Shown piece after piece: positions 16,144-25,188 of a stretch of 57,906 nt of DNA. The translations under genes were made by a program, and so were the position numbers. The stretch is from a virus. Lineage: Duplodnaviria; Caudoviricetes. The DNA lies in the IMG/VR virus record IMGVR_UViG_3300020147_000010, positions 1 through 57,906 of that record. One strand, 5' to 3'. The first letter of the stretch is position 1. Every line of letters begins with the position of its first letter. A model generated the notes under the pieces. The model was not told the origin of the DNA. It searched no databases and saw nothing but the letters and a program-made list of their open reading frames with translations.

Positions 16144-18092
16144 GCGGCCACCAGGCCCTGGCCCCGGTTGGCGATGCTCAGCGCCGCGAACAGGAGGTCA
16201 TCGTGGTGGCGGATGCCCCGGGTCAGGAGCTCGTGGACGTAGCCCTGGAGGAGCGCGCCCAGATCGTCCGCGTCCACGCCGAGGTCCGAGGCCACCAGGG
16301 CCACGTGGGTCCAGGCCCCCTCGGTCACCTTGGCCGCCTTCTCCGGCGTGATCGGGCCGACCACGTGGTGGAGCTCGTGGCGCGGCACGTCAGCCCAGCG
16401 GCCCCGGCGCTCCTGGGGCGTGGTGAGGCGGCCACCGGCCAGCTCCAGCGCGCGCATCACCATCAGCTTGGCGCTGGCGTTGAACACGGCGGCCGGGGAG
16501 ACCGGCGCGGCCACGCGGGTGGCGGTCAGCTCGCGGATGCGGGTATCCAGCGCGGCCGTGATGGCGCGCGCCTCGTCCGGCGCTTCCACCTCCCCGCCGT
16601 TGGGCGGGCCGTCCGCCGGACCCTCGCTCGCGTCGTCGTCCAGGTCGCCATCGGTGCGCTGGGCGGCCGTGGGCGGAAGGCCCACGGACTGGACCGCCGG
16701 GAGACCAAGGAGCCGCTGGACCTCGGGGTCCAGGATGAGGTCCGGCTGGGTGGTCACCAGCTTGAGGAGGATCTGGGCCGCGCGGTCCTGGATGGTCGGC
16801 ATCTGGTCCGGGCTGAAGGCCCCGGCCTTGACCACCTCGTCGTCCCGGATGAGGAACCGATCGTGGAGCTGAAGCGCCTCCTCCAGCCGGTTGGGCTTGG
16901 CGGCCAGCGCGCTGGTGTCGAACGCGAACGCATAGCGCTCGGGGTTGGCGACGCCCAGCGCCTCCAGGGCGCGCCGGAGGAACCCCCGGGTGAGGGCGTC
17001 CGCGATGAGCCCGAGGTAGCCGCGAATCCAGCGGATGCCCTCGTCCGAGATCAGCCAGGCGGTCCAGTGGTTGGAGTCCGCGATGCCGGTCAGCACCTCG
17101 GCCGGGATCTCGGCGCTGGAGGCCAGGCGGCTGATCGCCTTGTCTTTCATCGGCGTGATCTCGGCGGAGAGCTCGCTCCAGAAGTTGATCGGGGCCAGCT
17201 TGTCCAGGTGCTCCAGGAGGTGGTCCGGGATCGTCGCCATGATCGGGACCATCGCGCTGGCGCGCGACTGGTCGGCCATGCTGGCGGCGGCGGCCCGCTG
17301 GATGTAGGCCATGAACCCGGCCATGCCCTCGGGGTCGCCCTCCTCGCGGGGGAAGTCGATCCCCTCGGGGAGGAACATGATCCCGGCCCCGGTGAGGCGG
17401 CTGTCCAGCTCCGCAAACTCGCGCTTGGTCAGGAGCTCGATCTCCCGGAGCGGCACAATGGCGGACCGCGTGAAGCTGTCCGCCTGGTCGGTGTCGTTGG
17501 GGTGCGGACGCCAGCACCGGATCAGGATGTCCCGGCCGTCCGTCAGCTCCAGCTTGTTGCCACCGCGCGTCTGGGGGCGGCGCACCATCACCTTGTCGCC
17601 GCTCTTGCTGAACGCCGCGCCGGTGACCACGAACCAGGTCCCCTCGGCCTGGTCGGGGTTGCGGGCCGCGCCCTCGCCCACGATCCAGCACTCCCCGCCC
17701 ACGGCCAGGTCGATCCCGGCCAGCCGGAGGTTGTCGTCCCGCTGGGAGCCGGTGCCGAGCGGCACGGCGGCCAGCCGCCGGATGCGCTCGTCCTGGACCT
17801 CGCCGGTCTCCTCGCCGGTGTCGTCCACCTCGGTCACGTAGAGCCGGGCCTGGGCCACCGAGTCACCGATGCGCCCGGCCAGGAAGTGGTGTTCCGGAAC
17901 GATGTCGTAGAGCCGCCACGCCTCGGTCTGCCAGTCGCGGTTCCCGAACTTCCAGGTCTTCCACGAGGAGCCCTCGCGGAGGTCCACCTGGGCCGTGGCG
18001 GCCGTGAGGGACGAGACGGGTACGCGCTGGAGCGGGTACGGGTTGGCGGGCTCCGGTGGTGCGGCGATGGCGCGCGGACGGCGGAAGGCCAC
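16140..18092 (-). CDS. Portal protein
   Basis: DWQTEAWRLYDIVPE, CWRPHP, SRLTGAGIMFLP, SNHWTAW motifs; upstream of MuF and protease. Confidence 0.88.
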   Translation of the reverse strand: MAFRRPRAIAAPPEPANPYPLQRVPVSSLTAATAQVDLREGSSWKTWKFGNRDWQTEAWRLYDIVPEHHFLAGRIGDSVAQARLYVTEVDDTGEETGEVQDERIRRLAAVPLGTGSQRDDNLRLAGIDLAVGGECWIVGEGAARNPDQAEGTWFVVTGAAFSKSGDKVMVRRPQTRGGNKLELTDGRDILIRCWRPHPNDTDQADSFTRSAIVPLREIELLTKREFAELDSRLTGAGIMFLPEGIDFPREEGDPEGMAGFMAYIQRAAAASMADQSRASAMVPIMATIPDHLLEHLDKLAPINFWSELSAEITPMKDKAISRLASSAEIPAEVLTGIADSNHWTAWLISDEGIRWIRGYLGLIADALTRGFLRRALEALGVANPERYAFAFDTSALAAKPNRLEEALQLHDRFLIRDDEVVKAGAFSPDQMPTIQDRAAQILLKLVTTQPDLILDPEVQRLLGLPAVQSVGLPPTAAQRTDGDLDDDASEGPADGPPNGGEVEAPDEARAITAALDTRIRELTATRVAAPVSPAAVFNASAKLMVMRALELAGGRLTTPQERRGRWADVPRHELHHVVGPITPEKAAKVTEGAWTHVALVASDLGVDADDLGALLQGYVHELLTRGIRHHDDLLFAALSIANRGQGLVAA

Positions 18093-18095
18093 GGG

Positions 18096-18407
18096 TTACC
18101 TCCCCAGGGAGTTGGTCATGCCGGTGATCTGGCTGAAGGCGAGCGCCAGCGCCGGTATCAGCATGACGGGCGAGTCCCCCCAGGCCCAGACCAGGGGAGC
18201 GGCGATGAGGGACACCCACATCCCGGCGCACCACGGACACGTGATCAGCGTGGCGAACCACTCGCCGCTGGAGCCGGGGGTGTCGTCCAGCCAGCCGATG
18301 ATCCGGTCCCGGATCGGCTCGGTGATGGCGTCGGCCGTGATGAGGCCGGTCACCCGGGCCACGGCCAGGGCGTAGATCAGGAGCTGGAGCCAGACCGGGA
18401 TCACCAT
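18096..18407 (-). CDS. DUF1360-like membrane protein
   Basis: LAVARVTGLITADAITEPIR, LITCPWCAGMWVS; hydrophobic helices; leaderless after TAGGAT. Confidence 0.8.
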   Translation of the reverse strand: MVIPVWLQLLIYALAVARVTGLITADAITEPIRDRIIGWLDDTPGSSGEWFATLITCPWCAGMWVSLIAAPLVWAWGDSPVMLIPALALAFSQITGMTNSLGR

Positions 18408-18468
18408 GTGCGCCATCCTACGGGGTCAAGGGGACATCTCGGCCGCGCTGGCCGTTGACACTTCACAG

Positions 18469-18969
18469 TCAGGACCGGGGGTTCACATCGAAGTACCGGC
18501 TGGGTGCGCCCCGGCCCGGTGCGCCCTTGGGCTTGTAGGTCATCCGGGGGTACCCGAGCTGGGTCAGGAGCCGGGCCAGCGCGACCTCGGGGAGGAGGTG
18601 ACGCCAGCCGCGCTCGCGCGCCAGCCGCCGGTACGTCTCGTCAATGAGGGCGTTCGAGTGGATGCCGGGGCCGAGCTCCTGGTGGACCTGACGCACGCGC
18701 TCGCGGTCCTCGGCGTCGGCGGCCTGGGCAGAGCCCGGCACGCGCCAGGAGTGGATCTCCTCGCCCCGACGCTTGACCCGGTGGCGGGTGCACCCGGCCT
18801 GGGTCAGCGCGCGGCCCAGGGCGTTCCGAGTGGCGATGGGCCGCCGGTCCTCCTCCATCAGCCGGACGTACAGCCGGAACATCTCGGTGGACGGCTGGAG
18901 CGAGCCGGGCCGTAGCTGGGCCAGGATGCGCTCCACGTCGTCCTGGGTCACCTCGGTTACCTCAGTCAT
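18469..18969 (-). CDS. Tandem winged-helix-like DNA-binding protein
   Basis: Two internal repeats (LRPG..STEMFRLY..ALGRALTQAG / LGPG..SNALIDETY..ALARLLTQLG) resembling primase C-terminal winged helices. Confidence 0.55.
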   Translation of the reverse strand: MTEVTEVTQDDVERILAQLRPGSLQPSTEMFRLYVRLMEEDRRPIATRNALGRALTQAGCTRHRVKRRGEEIHSWRVPGSAQAADAEDRERVRQVHQELGPGIHSNALIDETYRRLARERGWRHLLPEVALARLLTQLGYPRMTYKPKGAPGRGAPSRYFDVNPRS

Positions 18970-19025
18970 GGCACCACCATACACCACAATGGGACACCCA
19001 CCACGCCCCGGGCCGGGGGACCGGC

Positions 19026-19168
19026 GGGGGGACGGGGGGAGCGAATGGGACCACGGACCCCGGAGCCCGCCACAGCTACACATACGCGCGTCGTGCGCGC
19101 GCCGCGTACAAGACGTTTTCTCGGACGTGTGTAGGGGGAGCGGTCCCATTCAGTCCCCCCGTTCCCCC
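19026..19168. repeat. ~140 bp inverted-repeat-bounded non-coding element, copy 1
   Basis: GGGGACGGGGGGAGCGAATGGGACCAC ... GCGGTCCCATTCAGTCCCCCCGTTCCCC around a TACACATACGCGCGTCGTGCGCGC...TTTCTCGGACGTGTGTAGGGGGAG core; second copy at 47600-47735. Confidence 0.85.
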
Positions 19169-19319
19169 AGGGATGCGCGCCCGGCCGCCCTGGCCCACTC
19201 CTGTGAGGTGGTGTCTGACTCATGGCCCCGTAACGTGGCGCACCCAGCGCGCCCACCGGCAGGCCCCCGGGGGTCCGAGGGGTGCACGGTGAGCGGCGCT
19301 GGGTGTGGGGTCCACGGCG

Positions 19320-19676
19320 TCAGCGTGGCAACACCGTGCCGTCGAACTTGGCCCGGTGGGTCTTCCAGTCATGCCCGGCGGCGGCCACGGTCCGGCGTGC
19401 CCAGTCCTCGCGGAGCGCCGCGTCCCACGCCTCGTCCGGGCCGGGCCGCTCGTCGGTGAGCAGAACCCCCGGCGGGGGGACCAGGTAGCGCACCCGCTTA
19501 CCCGCGATGTACTCCACGCCCTCGTACGTCCAGCCCTCGGCTATCAGCCGCTCCACCAGCTCGGTGGCGTCGCCATCGGCCACCACAGCCGCGTCCACCT
19601 GGCGGCACTCCTTCAGGTGCTCCACCAGCGCCTCGGGTCCGTCCAGCTCGCGCTCGTCGTGCTCATGCCTGCCCAT
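19320..19676 (-). CDS. Hypothetical protein
   Basis: ATG 19676 with GGAG RBS; phage-like codon usage. Confidence 0.65.
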   Translation of the reverse strand: MGRHEHDERELDGPEALVEHLKECRQVDAAVVADGDATELVERLIAEGWTYEGVEYIAGKRVRYLVPPPGVLLTDERPGPDEAWDAALREDWARRTVAAAGHDWKTHRAKFDGTVLPR

Positions 19677-19854
19677 CGTCTGTCCTCCGCCTCTCGGGGT
19701 GGTCGGTCTTCCGGGGTACTTGCACTCCAGCAACGGTCTTGGTGCACTTCCAGCCGATGGCCGCTCCGCAGACCGGGCACGCACGCTTGCGCTTGCCCAC
19801 GTCCACGGCCTGGCGGCCGGAGAGCACCCGGCCGCCACGTCCTCGTCCGGTCAC
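19663..19854 (-). CDS. Small Zn-finger protein
   Basis: GTG 19854; CPVCGAAIGWKC...HPER. Confidence 0.65.
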   Translation of the reverse strand: MTGRGRGGRVLSGRQAVDVGKRKRACPVCGAAIGWKCTKTVAGVQVPRKTDHPERRRTDDGQA

Positions 19855-20432
19855 TTGCTTCTCGTCCTCCCCCCGGTGGAGCTGTTGCACGTGCCGCACG
19901 CGGGCCGGTATACACTGCTCACATGCGTATCTGTCGTGTCAAGGTCTGCCCCCTGCCAGTCAAGGCCAGGGAGCTGTGTCAGGGCCACTACTTCCGCCTC
20001 CTCCGCCACGGCGACCCCGGAGAGTCCCCGATCTCGGACCGGCGTCCGGCCCGGTGCTCGGTGGACGGATGCACGGGCCGATGGGTCCAGGGCTCCTCGG
20101 GGCTGTGCCTGAAGCACCACCGGCGCGCGGAGAAGGGTGGTTCCGTCGATTACGTCGGTGCCAACACCGGCCCCACGAACGGTTCCTGGAAGGGCAATGA
20201 GGTCGGGTACAACGCGGCCCACGATCGGGTCCGGCGTGCCCGGGGAGCGGCCAGCAAGCAACGGTGCGCCTGTGGCCGCCAGGCCCGTCACTGGGCGTAT
20301 GACCACCAGGACCCGGCCGAGCTGGTAGATCCCCGGGGCTACCGCTACAGCGGCGACCCCGGGCACTACCTCCCCCAGTGCGTCCCGTGCCACAAACGTG
20401 GTGACCTGGACCGCCTCACATACACACGTCAT
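19851..20432 (-). pseudogene. Probable remnant of an HNH gene; frame still open antisense to the inserted nuclease
   Basis: Ends RPACGTCNSSTGG, typical of the C-terminus of actinophage HNH proteins; the middle is the antisense shadow of 19923..20435. Confidence 0.45.
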
Positions 20433-20435
20433 TGA
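19923..20435 (+). CDS. HNH-type (His-Me finger) homing endonuclease-like protein
   Basis: Two CxxxxC...LCxxH Zn modules, WKG..VGYNAAHDRVRRARG, WAYDH, CVPCHKRGD; TACACT -10 6 nt upstream; atypical codon usage. Confidence 0.8.
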   Translation: MRICRVKVCPLPVKARELCQGHYFRLLRHGDPGESPISDRRPARCSVDGCTGRWVQGSSGLCLKHHRRAEKGGSVDYVGANTGPTNGSWKGNEVGYNAAHDRVRRARGAASKQRCACGRQARHWAYDHQDPAELVDPRGYRYSGDPGHYLPQCVPCHKRGDLDRLTYTRH

Positions 20436-20677
20436 GTCGCCAGGTGTCGCGGACGGTTCTTGGCGGCCACCTTGCGGCCCTTGCCCCGGTTGGCCTTCCC
20501 CAGCTCCCCGGCGTGGTACCAGCCGCACTGGTTGCAGAAGTACGTGTTGGAGGTGTGGGCCTTCCACTTCCCGGCCCGGATGAGCCCCCAGCGCTGGCCC
20601 TCGGCCGCCTCCTGGGTCGCGTGCTGCTTCTTGGGCTTGCCCCGGCTGGAGCACTTCTTGAGGTAGCCGACGCTCAC
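20429..20677 (-). CDS. Small basic Zn-binding protein
   Basis: C..KKQHATQEAA...YFCNQCGWYH; coupled start. Confidence 0.7.
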   Translation of the reverse strand: MSVGYLKKCSSRGKPKKQHATQEAAEGQRWGLIRAGKWKAHTSNTYFCNQCGWYHAGELGKANRGKGRKVAAKNRPRHLATQ

Positions 20678-21051
20678 GACCGGGCCGCCTTCCGAGCGTC
20701 CCGCATGGCCCAGCGCCGGGTGTCGTCGTGCGCCAGCTCGGGGTCCTCCAGGATGGCCTCCACCAGCCAGAGCGGCGCGTCCGAGTCGTTGCGGCCGACC
20801 CACGGCGCGGCACTGACGCCCAGGATGAACTTCCCGGCCACCAGCGTGATGAACACGTGGGAGTCGTAGGTCTCGCCCTCCCACATCGCCCACGCCTGGC
20901 CGGGCCGCTTCTCTCGGGCGTAGTCCGGCGTCGGCTGGGTCTTGGTCCACCGGATCGTGGCACCGACCCCGGTCCCGATGGCGGTCCACTCACTGGCGGG
21001 GTCGCCCGCCAGCTCCACCATCCGCTTGATGATCTTCTCCTTCAGCCTCAT
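20674..21051 (-). CDS. Hypothetical protein
   Basis: GAGAGG RBS; promoter TTGACA-N17-TAAAGT at 21091-21119. Confidence 0.75.
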   Translation of the reverse strand: MRLKEKIIKRMVELAGDPASEWTAIGTGVGATIRWTKTQPTPDYAREKRPGQAWAMWEGETYDSHVFITLVAGKFILGVSAAPWVGRNDSDAPLWLVEAILEDPELAHDDTRRWAMRDARKAARS

Positions 21052-21168
21052 GGCCGCTGGTCCTCTCTCGCTGGTTGACCTGTGGTTGGTACTTTACCGG
21101 CTCGCCTGCAATGTGTCAAGCGAGAGGGCGCGGCCAGCGGACTGACCGCGCCCCTTGTCACTTCACTG

Positions 21169-21852
21169 TCAAGACTGGCGGGGGATCTCCTCGGTGCGGT
21201 CCACCCGCCAGCGGGCCACGTCGATGGGCCGCAACGTCTCGCCCACGGCGCGCCGGGGGAGGCCCGCGTCGGTGATCTCCAGAACCTGGGTGTCCCCCGG
21301 GTCCTGGCCGCCGGTCAGCACCGGGGCCAGCCCGAGCCGGACGCGCATGGCCCGCGTGCCCGCGTCGTCCACCGGCCGGAGCTCGTCGGTGATCTCCAGC
21401 TCGCGGAGGTGACCGGCCAGGCTCTCCGGGTGCGTCCAGGGGAGCTCACGGGGGGTCTGCCAGTGCTCGCCCAGCCAGCCGTGGACCAGGTAGTGTCCGG
21501 CCCCGTCGTCCCACCGGACGGTCAGCACCTCGCCCACGTTGTCGCCGCGCCACGTGCCGGTGGCCGCCACCCGCTGGTCGTTGTCCCTCAGCGCGTCGCG
21601 GTGCTCGCGCTCCGCCTGGCGGGCCGCCGCTCGGCGCGCGTCCTCGCGCTGGCTCAGCTTGTGGGCGACCAGGGCCACGAACACGGCGGCCGTGAAGATC
21701 CCGAACACCACGGCGGCCAGGTGAACCCAGCTCCAGGTGTCCTCCCCGATGACCCGGAGGACCAGCCCGATGGTGATCCCGGCGGCCGATCCGTAGAGCG
21801 CCACCCACCACATGCTCGGCTCCCGGGGCGTATCCTTGCGGTGCTGGCTCAT
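21169..21852 (-). CDS. Membrane protein (2 TM plus soluble domain)
   Basis: Two hydrophobic helices near the N-terminus; GGAAGG RBS. Confidence 0.7.
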   Translation of the reverse strand: MSQHRKDTPREPSMWWVALYGSAAGITIGLVLRVIGEDTWSWVHLAAVVFGIFTAAVFVALVAHKLSQREDARRAAARQAEREHRDALRDNDQRVAATGTWRGDNVGEVLTVRWDDGAGHYLVHGWLGEHWQTPRELPWTHPESLAGHLRELEITDELRPVDDAGTRAMRVRLGLAPVLTGGQDPGDTQVLEITDAGLPRRAVGETLRPIDVARWRVDRTEEIPRQS

Positions 21853-21915
21853 CGTCCGCACCTTCCTTCCTGTTCGGTCTCGGCCCGCTCCCCGGTGGAG
21901 CGGGCCGTGGTCGTC

Positions 21916-22128
21916 TCAGCGGACCAGCGCGTCCGTGTCGCCGCCGATCAGCACCGGCTCGTGGCTGTCCACGTGCTCCTGGCCGAGCCGGAACGCGCGC
22001 TCCTCGGTCCAGAAGTGCATGGGCTTGCCGCACTCCGTACAGGTCCCGGCATAGCCCCGGTACGGCCCGGTCTTGAACACGACCCCGATACCGGGGTCTA
22101 CCTGGTTGAACACCACGAGTTGTGCCAT
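21916..22128 (-). CDS. Small Zn-finger protein
   Basis: CTECG...HVDSH; leaderless behind TTGACA-N17-TAACGT (22136-22164). Confidence 0.7.
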   Translation of the reverse strand: MAQLVVFNQVDPGIGVVFKTGPYRGYAGTCTECGKPMHFWTEERAFRLGQEHVDSHEPVLIGGDTDALVR

Positions 22129-22255
22129 GCCGAGTACGTTACCGGCACGACTGCAAAGTGTCAAGGGGTGTCCTGACTGGACACATTCCCGTCACGCCTG
22201 TAAGGTAGACACCAGTCGAGCCAGTGAGGCTCGCCGGACAAGGGGAGGAGCCCCG

Positions 22256-22387
22256 TTGATCGAGATCGGGGAGAACCTGGAGAGCCTGCTGACCACCGTC
22301 GCCATCATGGGCGCGCTGGCGGTCATGGTCTGGGCCACCAACCGGCCGTCGCGCCGCGAGCGTCGGCGCAAGGACGAGGAGGGCTGA
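22256..22387 (+). CDS. Small single-TM protein (43 aa)
   Basis: GGGGAGGAG RBS before TTG; divergent promoter TGGACA-N17-TAAGGT at ~22178-22206. Confidence 0.6.
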   Translation: MIEIGENLESLLTTVAIMGALAVMVWATNRPSRRERRRKDEEG

Positions 22388-22389
22388 GC

Positions 22390-22554
22390 ATGGGCGTCAA
22401 GGACAACGAGGGTCCGGGCCGGGGTCAGGACGGCTCGAACCACGGCAAGGCCACCGGGGCCGGGGGAGCTGGCACCGGGCCGGGCCGGGTCAAGGGCGGC
22501 GGCCGGGACGCGAACCAGAGCGGCGGCGGCACCGGCTCCGGCGGCCGGAAGTGA
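22390..22554 (+). CDS. Gly-rich small protein (54 aa), not in ORF track
   Basis: MGVKDNEGPGRGQDGSNHGK...; GAGGAGG RBS. Confidence 0.55.
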   Translation: MGVKDNEGPGRGQDGSNHGKATGAGGAGTGPGRVKGGGRDANQSGGGTGSGGRK

Positions 22555-22709
22555 TCCCGGGGTCAGGACCCGGCCGTGGGGTGCCCTGGTGGCGCTGGCG
22601 GCGGGTCCTGACCCTCCGGCCGGACCCGGGCCTGATCGGACCGGAGCCAGCGCCGAGGGGTCAAGCGCGCGAGGGTCGAACGGTGGCGAGGATCGGAAGG
22701 GCGTAGGAC

Positions 22710-22913
22710 GTGAAGGCGTGGCTGTACCGTCACGTGACCTGGGGGGACCGGCGGCACTGGGAGCTGACCATCGGGCGGCTGTCGGTGGACCGATGGTGCG
22801 AGGGCGCGCCGTGCGGGCTCCCCAACGGCATCAGCCACCGGCACCCGGTCAGCGTCCGGCGCTGGCGACGGTGCCCACCTCCCGGCGTTGACACTTCACC
22901 GTCACGACTGTGA
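22710..22913 (+). CDS. Possible small hypothetical protein
   Basis: Fills intergenic space before a terminator; weak support. Confidence 0.35.
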   Translation: MKAWLYRHVTWGDRRHWELTIGRLSVDRWCEGAPCGLPNGISHRHPVSVRRWRRCPPPGVDTSPSRL

Positions 22914-22924
22914 GCGGACACGAG

Positions 22925-22957
22925 AGAGGCCCGGCCCCACCAGGGGGCCGGGCCTCT
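22925..22957. terminator. Terminator-like hairpin between convergent units
   Basis: GAGGCCCGGCCCC...GGGGCCGGGCCTC. Confidence 0.6.
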
Positions 22958-22969
22958 CCGTCGCTCAGG

Positions 22970-23329
22970 TCAGCGAATCGCGCCGGTGGCCGGAGCGATC
23001 GGCTGACGGTCGTTGGCCGGGGTCACCTGGGGCCGGATGCCGAACAGCGCGAACCCGGCCAGGATGATCCCGCCCAGGCCCGTCACGGCCGCCTCGCTCC
23101 AGTTCAGGCCGTACTCCGCGAACAGCGCGGCGGCGGCCGACACGGCCGCCACGTACAGGCCCGGCGCGATCGGCCGCGTGGTGACCGCGATGATGACCGC
23201 CGTGATGGCGGTGGTGGCCGCCACGGCCTGGCCGGTGTTCAGGAAGTCGAACCCGAGGCCCGCCACCCACGTCAGCACCGAGCCGATGAGCCCGATCCAC
23301 AGAGCGGGCTCCCTACCGAAGATCCTCAC
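22970..23329 (-). CDS. Holin
   Basis: MRIFGREPALWIGLI...RPQVTP, four hydrophobic segments, directly after the endolysin. Confidence 0.85.
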   Translation of the reverse strand: MRIFGREPALWIGLIGSVLTWVAGLGFDFLNTGQAVAATTAITAVIIAVTTRPIAPGLYVAAVSAAAALFAEYGLNWSEAAVTGLGGIILAGFALFGIRPQVTPANDRQPIAPATGAIR

Positions 23330-23343
23330 CTGTTGTCCTCCTG

Positions 23344-24243
23344 CTACTGCTGGGCGGCGGCCACGTTGAGCGTGCCGCCCTGAACCTCCAGCACGCCGGT
23401 CAGCGTGCCGTCCTGCCCGGCCGGACCCTGGGGGCCAGCCGGTCCCGCCGGACCCTGGGGACCAGCCGGTCCCGCCGGGCCGCGCGCACCGGCCGCGCCG
23501 GGAGCCCCGGGCTTACCGGCGCGCTTGTCCATCATCGCGGCCAGCATCCGGAACCCGTGCCAGCCGGTGATCGTGGTGGACTTGCCCGCCGTCGCGCTCA
23601 GCTTGGCGCGGCTGGCGTTGACGGCGGCCTCCATCTTGGGGCCGTAGTCGCCGTCCACCTCGCCCACCTGGGCACCGAAACCGAGGTCGTGGAGGACGTA
23701 CTGCCAGAACACGACCTCCTGACCGTTGTCGCCCTTGCTGACCAGCATGTCTCCCTCTCCGATCTCGCCGCCGCCGGTGCCGCCGCGCACCGAGGCCAGC
23801 CCGAGCGAGCCGGTCCAGTTGTCGGCGGTCTGGGTGTAGTCGCCGCTGAAGTGCGCGTGCTTGTCGTGCTTGTTCGCCCCGGTGTAGGTCCGGGTCTTCC
23901 AGCCGTCCGAGCGTGCCCAGATGCGGCCCTTGTAGATGATGTAGCGGAACGGGATGTAGCCCCCGGCCCTGGCCTTCTTGACCAGGTACTGGACCACGAG
24001 CTCCATCCAGTCGATGGTGGAGCCCTTCACCAGGTCGCGGTCCACGTCGATGGCGCGCACCTCGTCCAGCGCGTCACCGTCCTTGTACTCCGCCTTGCCG
24101 GTCCGGTCGGGGTTGTGCCCAGAGCTCCCGGTCTGGTGGGCGAGGTCGCCCACCGAGCCGTCGCTGGCCTTGTCCCGGCCAGGGAACACGGCGTTGAACT
24201 CGCTCCGGACCGTAGTCAGGCCCTTGGTCAGCACCCAGGCCAT
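23344..24243 (-). CDS. Endolysin: Zn-peptidase (M15-like) domain, PG-binding domain and collagen-like tail
   Basis: SDGSVGD.AH..SGHNPD, RAIDVD, RYIIY, HDKHAHFS; KGDNG..V..WQ..L...VDGDYGP; (GPA/GPQ)n. Confidence 0.85.
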   Translation of the reverse strand: MAWVLTKGLTTVRSEFNAVFPGRDKASDGSVGDLAHQTGSSGHNPDRTGKAEYKDGDALDEVRAIDVDRDLVKGSTIDWMELVVQYLVKKARAGGYIPFRYIIYKGRIWARSDGWKTRTYTGANKHDKHAHFSGDYTQTADNWTGSLGLASVRGGTGGGEIGEGDMLVSKGDNGQEVVFWQYVLHDLGFGAQVGEVDGDYGPKMEAAVNASRAKLSATAGKSTTITGWHGFRMLAAMMDKRAGKPGAPGAAGARGPAGPAGPQGPAGPAGPQGPAGQDGTLTGVLEVQGGTLNVAAAQQ

Positions 24244-24419
24244 CAGGCGCTCACCTCCCCGATGGACGTGGTGCCCCAGTCGCGTTGCGCGTCGTCGTCC
24301 CAGGGGTCCGGGATCTCGTCGCCCAGGTGCTCCAGCGGGTCCTCGTCCGGGGCCGCCGCGTGCGCGTCAGTGCCGAACGTCAGCCGGTCGTCCACGGTCG
24401 GTTCAGTCTCGTCCGTCAA
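24243..24419 (-). CDS. Small acidic protein preceding the endolysin (58 aa), not in ORF track
   Basis: TTG start with GGAGGAGG RBS; DEDPLEHLGDEIPDPWDDD; TGATG coupling to the lysin. Confidence 0.65.
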   Translation of the reverse strand: MTDETEPTVDDRLTFGTDAHAAAPDEDPLEHLGDEIPDPWDDDAQRDWGTTSIGEVSA

Positions 24420-24465
24420 TGCGTCCTCCTCCCCTCGCTGTCACCTTACAGTAACAGCTTCAGGG

Positions 24466-24651
24466 CTACTTCTTGCTCCGCCGGGTGCGGGCCGCCTTGC
24501 GGGCCATCCGGGAGCGCTGGGCGTGGGAGACCCCGGCGTTGCTGATCCGGGCCGCCTTCTCCTTGCTCATGCCCTTGCGCCGGAGCGCCTTGTACGTCCG
24601 GTGGCGCGACCGGGCCACGTAGCCCTTGCGCCCTCCAGCACTCGACACCAT
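24466..24651 (-). CDS. Small highly basic protein
   Basis: YKALRRKGMSKEKAARISNA motif; GGAGG RBS. Confidence 0.7.
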   Translation of the reverse strand: MVSSAGGRKGYVARSRHRTYKALRRKGMSKEKAARISNAGVSHAQRSRMARKAARTRRSKK

Positions 24652-24741
24652 GCCGACCACCTCCACCTCCAGTGTCTACCCGGGGAGGGACACAGAGAAG
24701 CGCCCCGACCAGCGGCCGGGGCGCTTCTTGACTGTGAAGTG

Positions 24742-25188
24742 TCAGGCGTGGTTCTGGCGGGCCAGGATCAGACCACGCTTCTCCAGCTCGGTCTCCATCG
24801 CCTGGGCGCGCCGGTAGATCGGCCCGTCGTGCTTGGCGGTGTCCGCGATCACGTCCGTGAGGACGCTCTGGCTCTCGCGGTGATCCACGGCCGTGAGCTG
24901 GTCCGCGCCGATCATCCGCATGAACCAGTCGGCGGCCGTGCCCACGCCGGTGCCGCCAGCGCCGCGCGGCCCGGTGTACTTCTCCGCGATGGCGGCGGCC
25001 ATCGCGTGCTCCAGGGTGTTGTACCACTCGTTCACCCGCCCGGCCTGGCTGGAGCCCTCCACGATGGCCTGGGCGAACCCGTACAGCTTGCGGCCCTCGT
25101 AGGTGTCGCTGATCTGGCGGCCGTCGATCTCGGTAAAGATCCACTCCCCGATCGTCCAGGTCTGGGTGGGGTACAGGTCTCGGCTCAC
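24742..25188 (-). CDS. Hypothetical protein
   Basis: Coupled start; phage-like codon usage; terminator-like hairpin at 24698-24728. Confidence 0.7.
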   Translation of the reverse strand: MSRDLYPTQTWTIGEWIFTEIDGRQISDTYEGRKLYGFAQAIVEGSSQAGRVNEWYNTLEHAMAAAIAEKYTGPRGAGGTGVGTAADWFMRMIGADQLTAVDHRESQSVLTDVIADTAKHDGPIYRRAQAMETELEKRGLILARQNHA

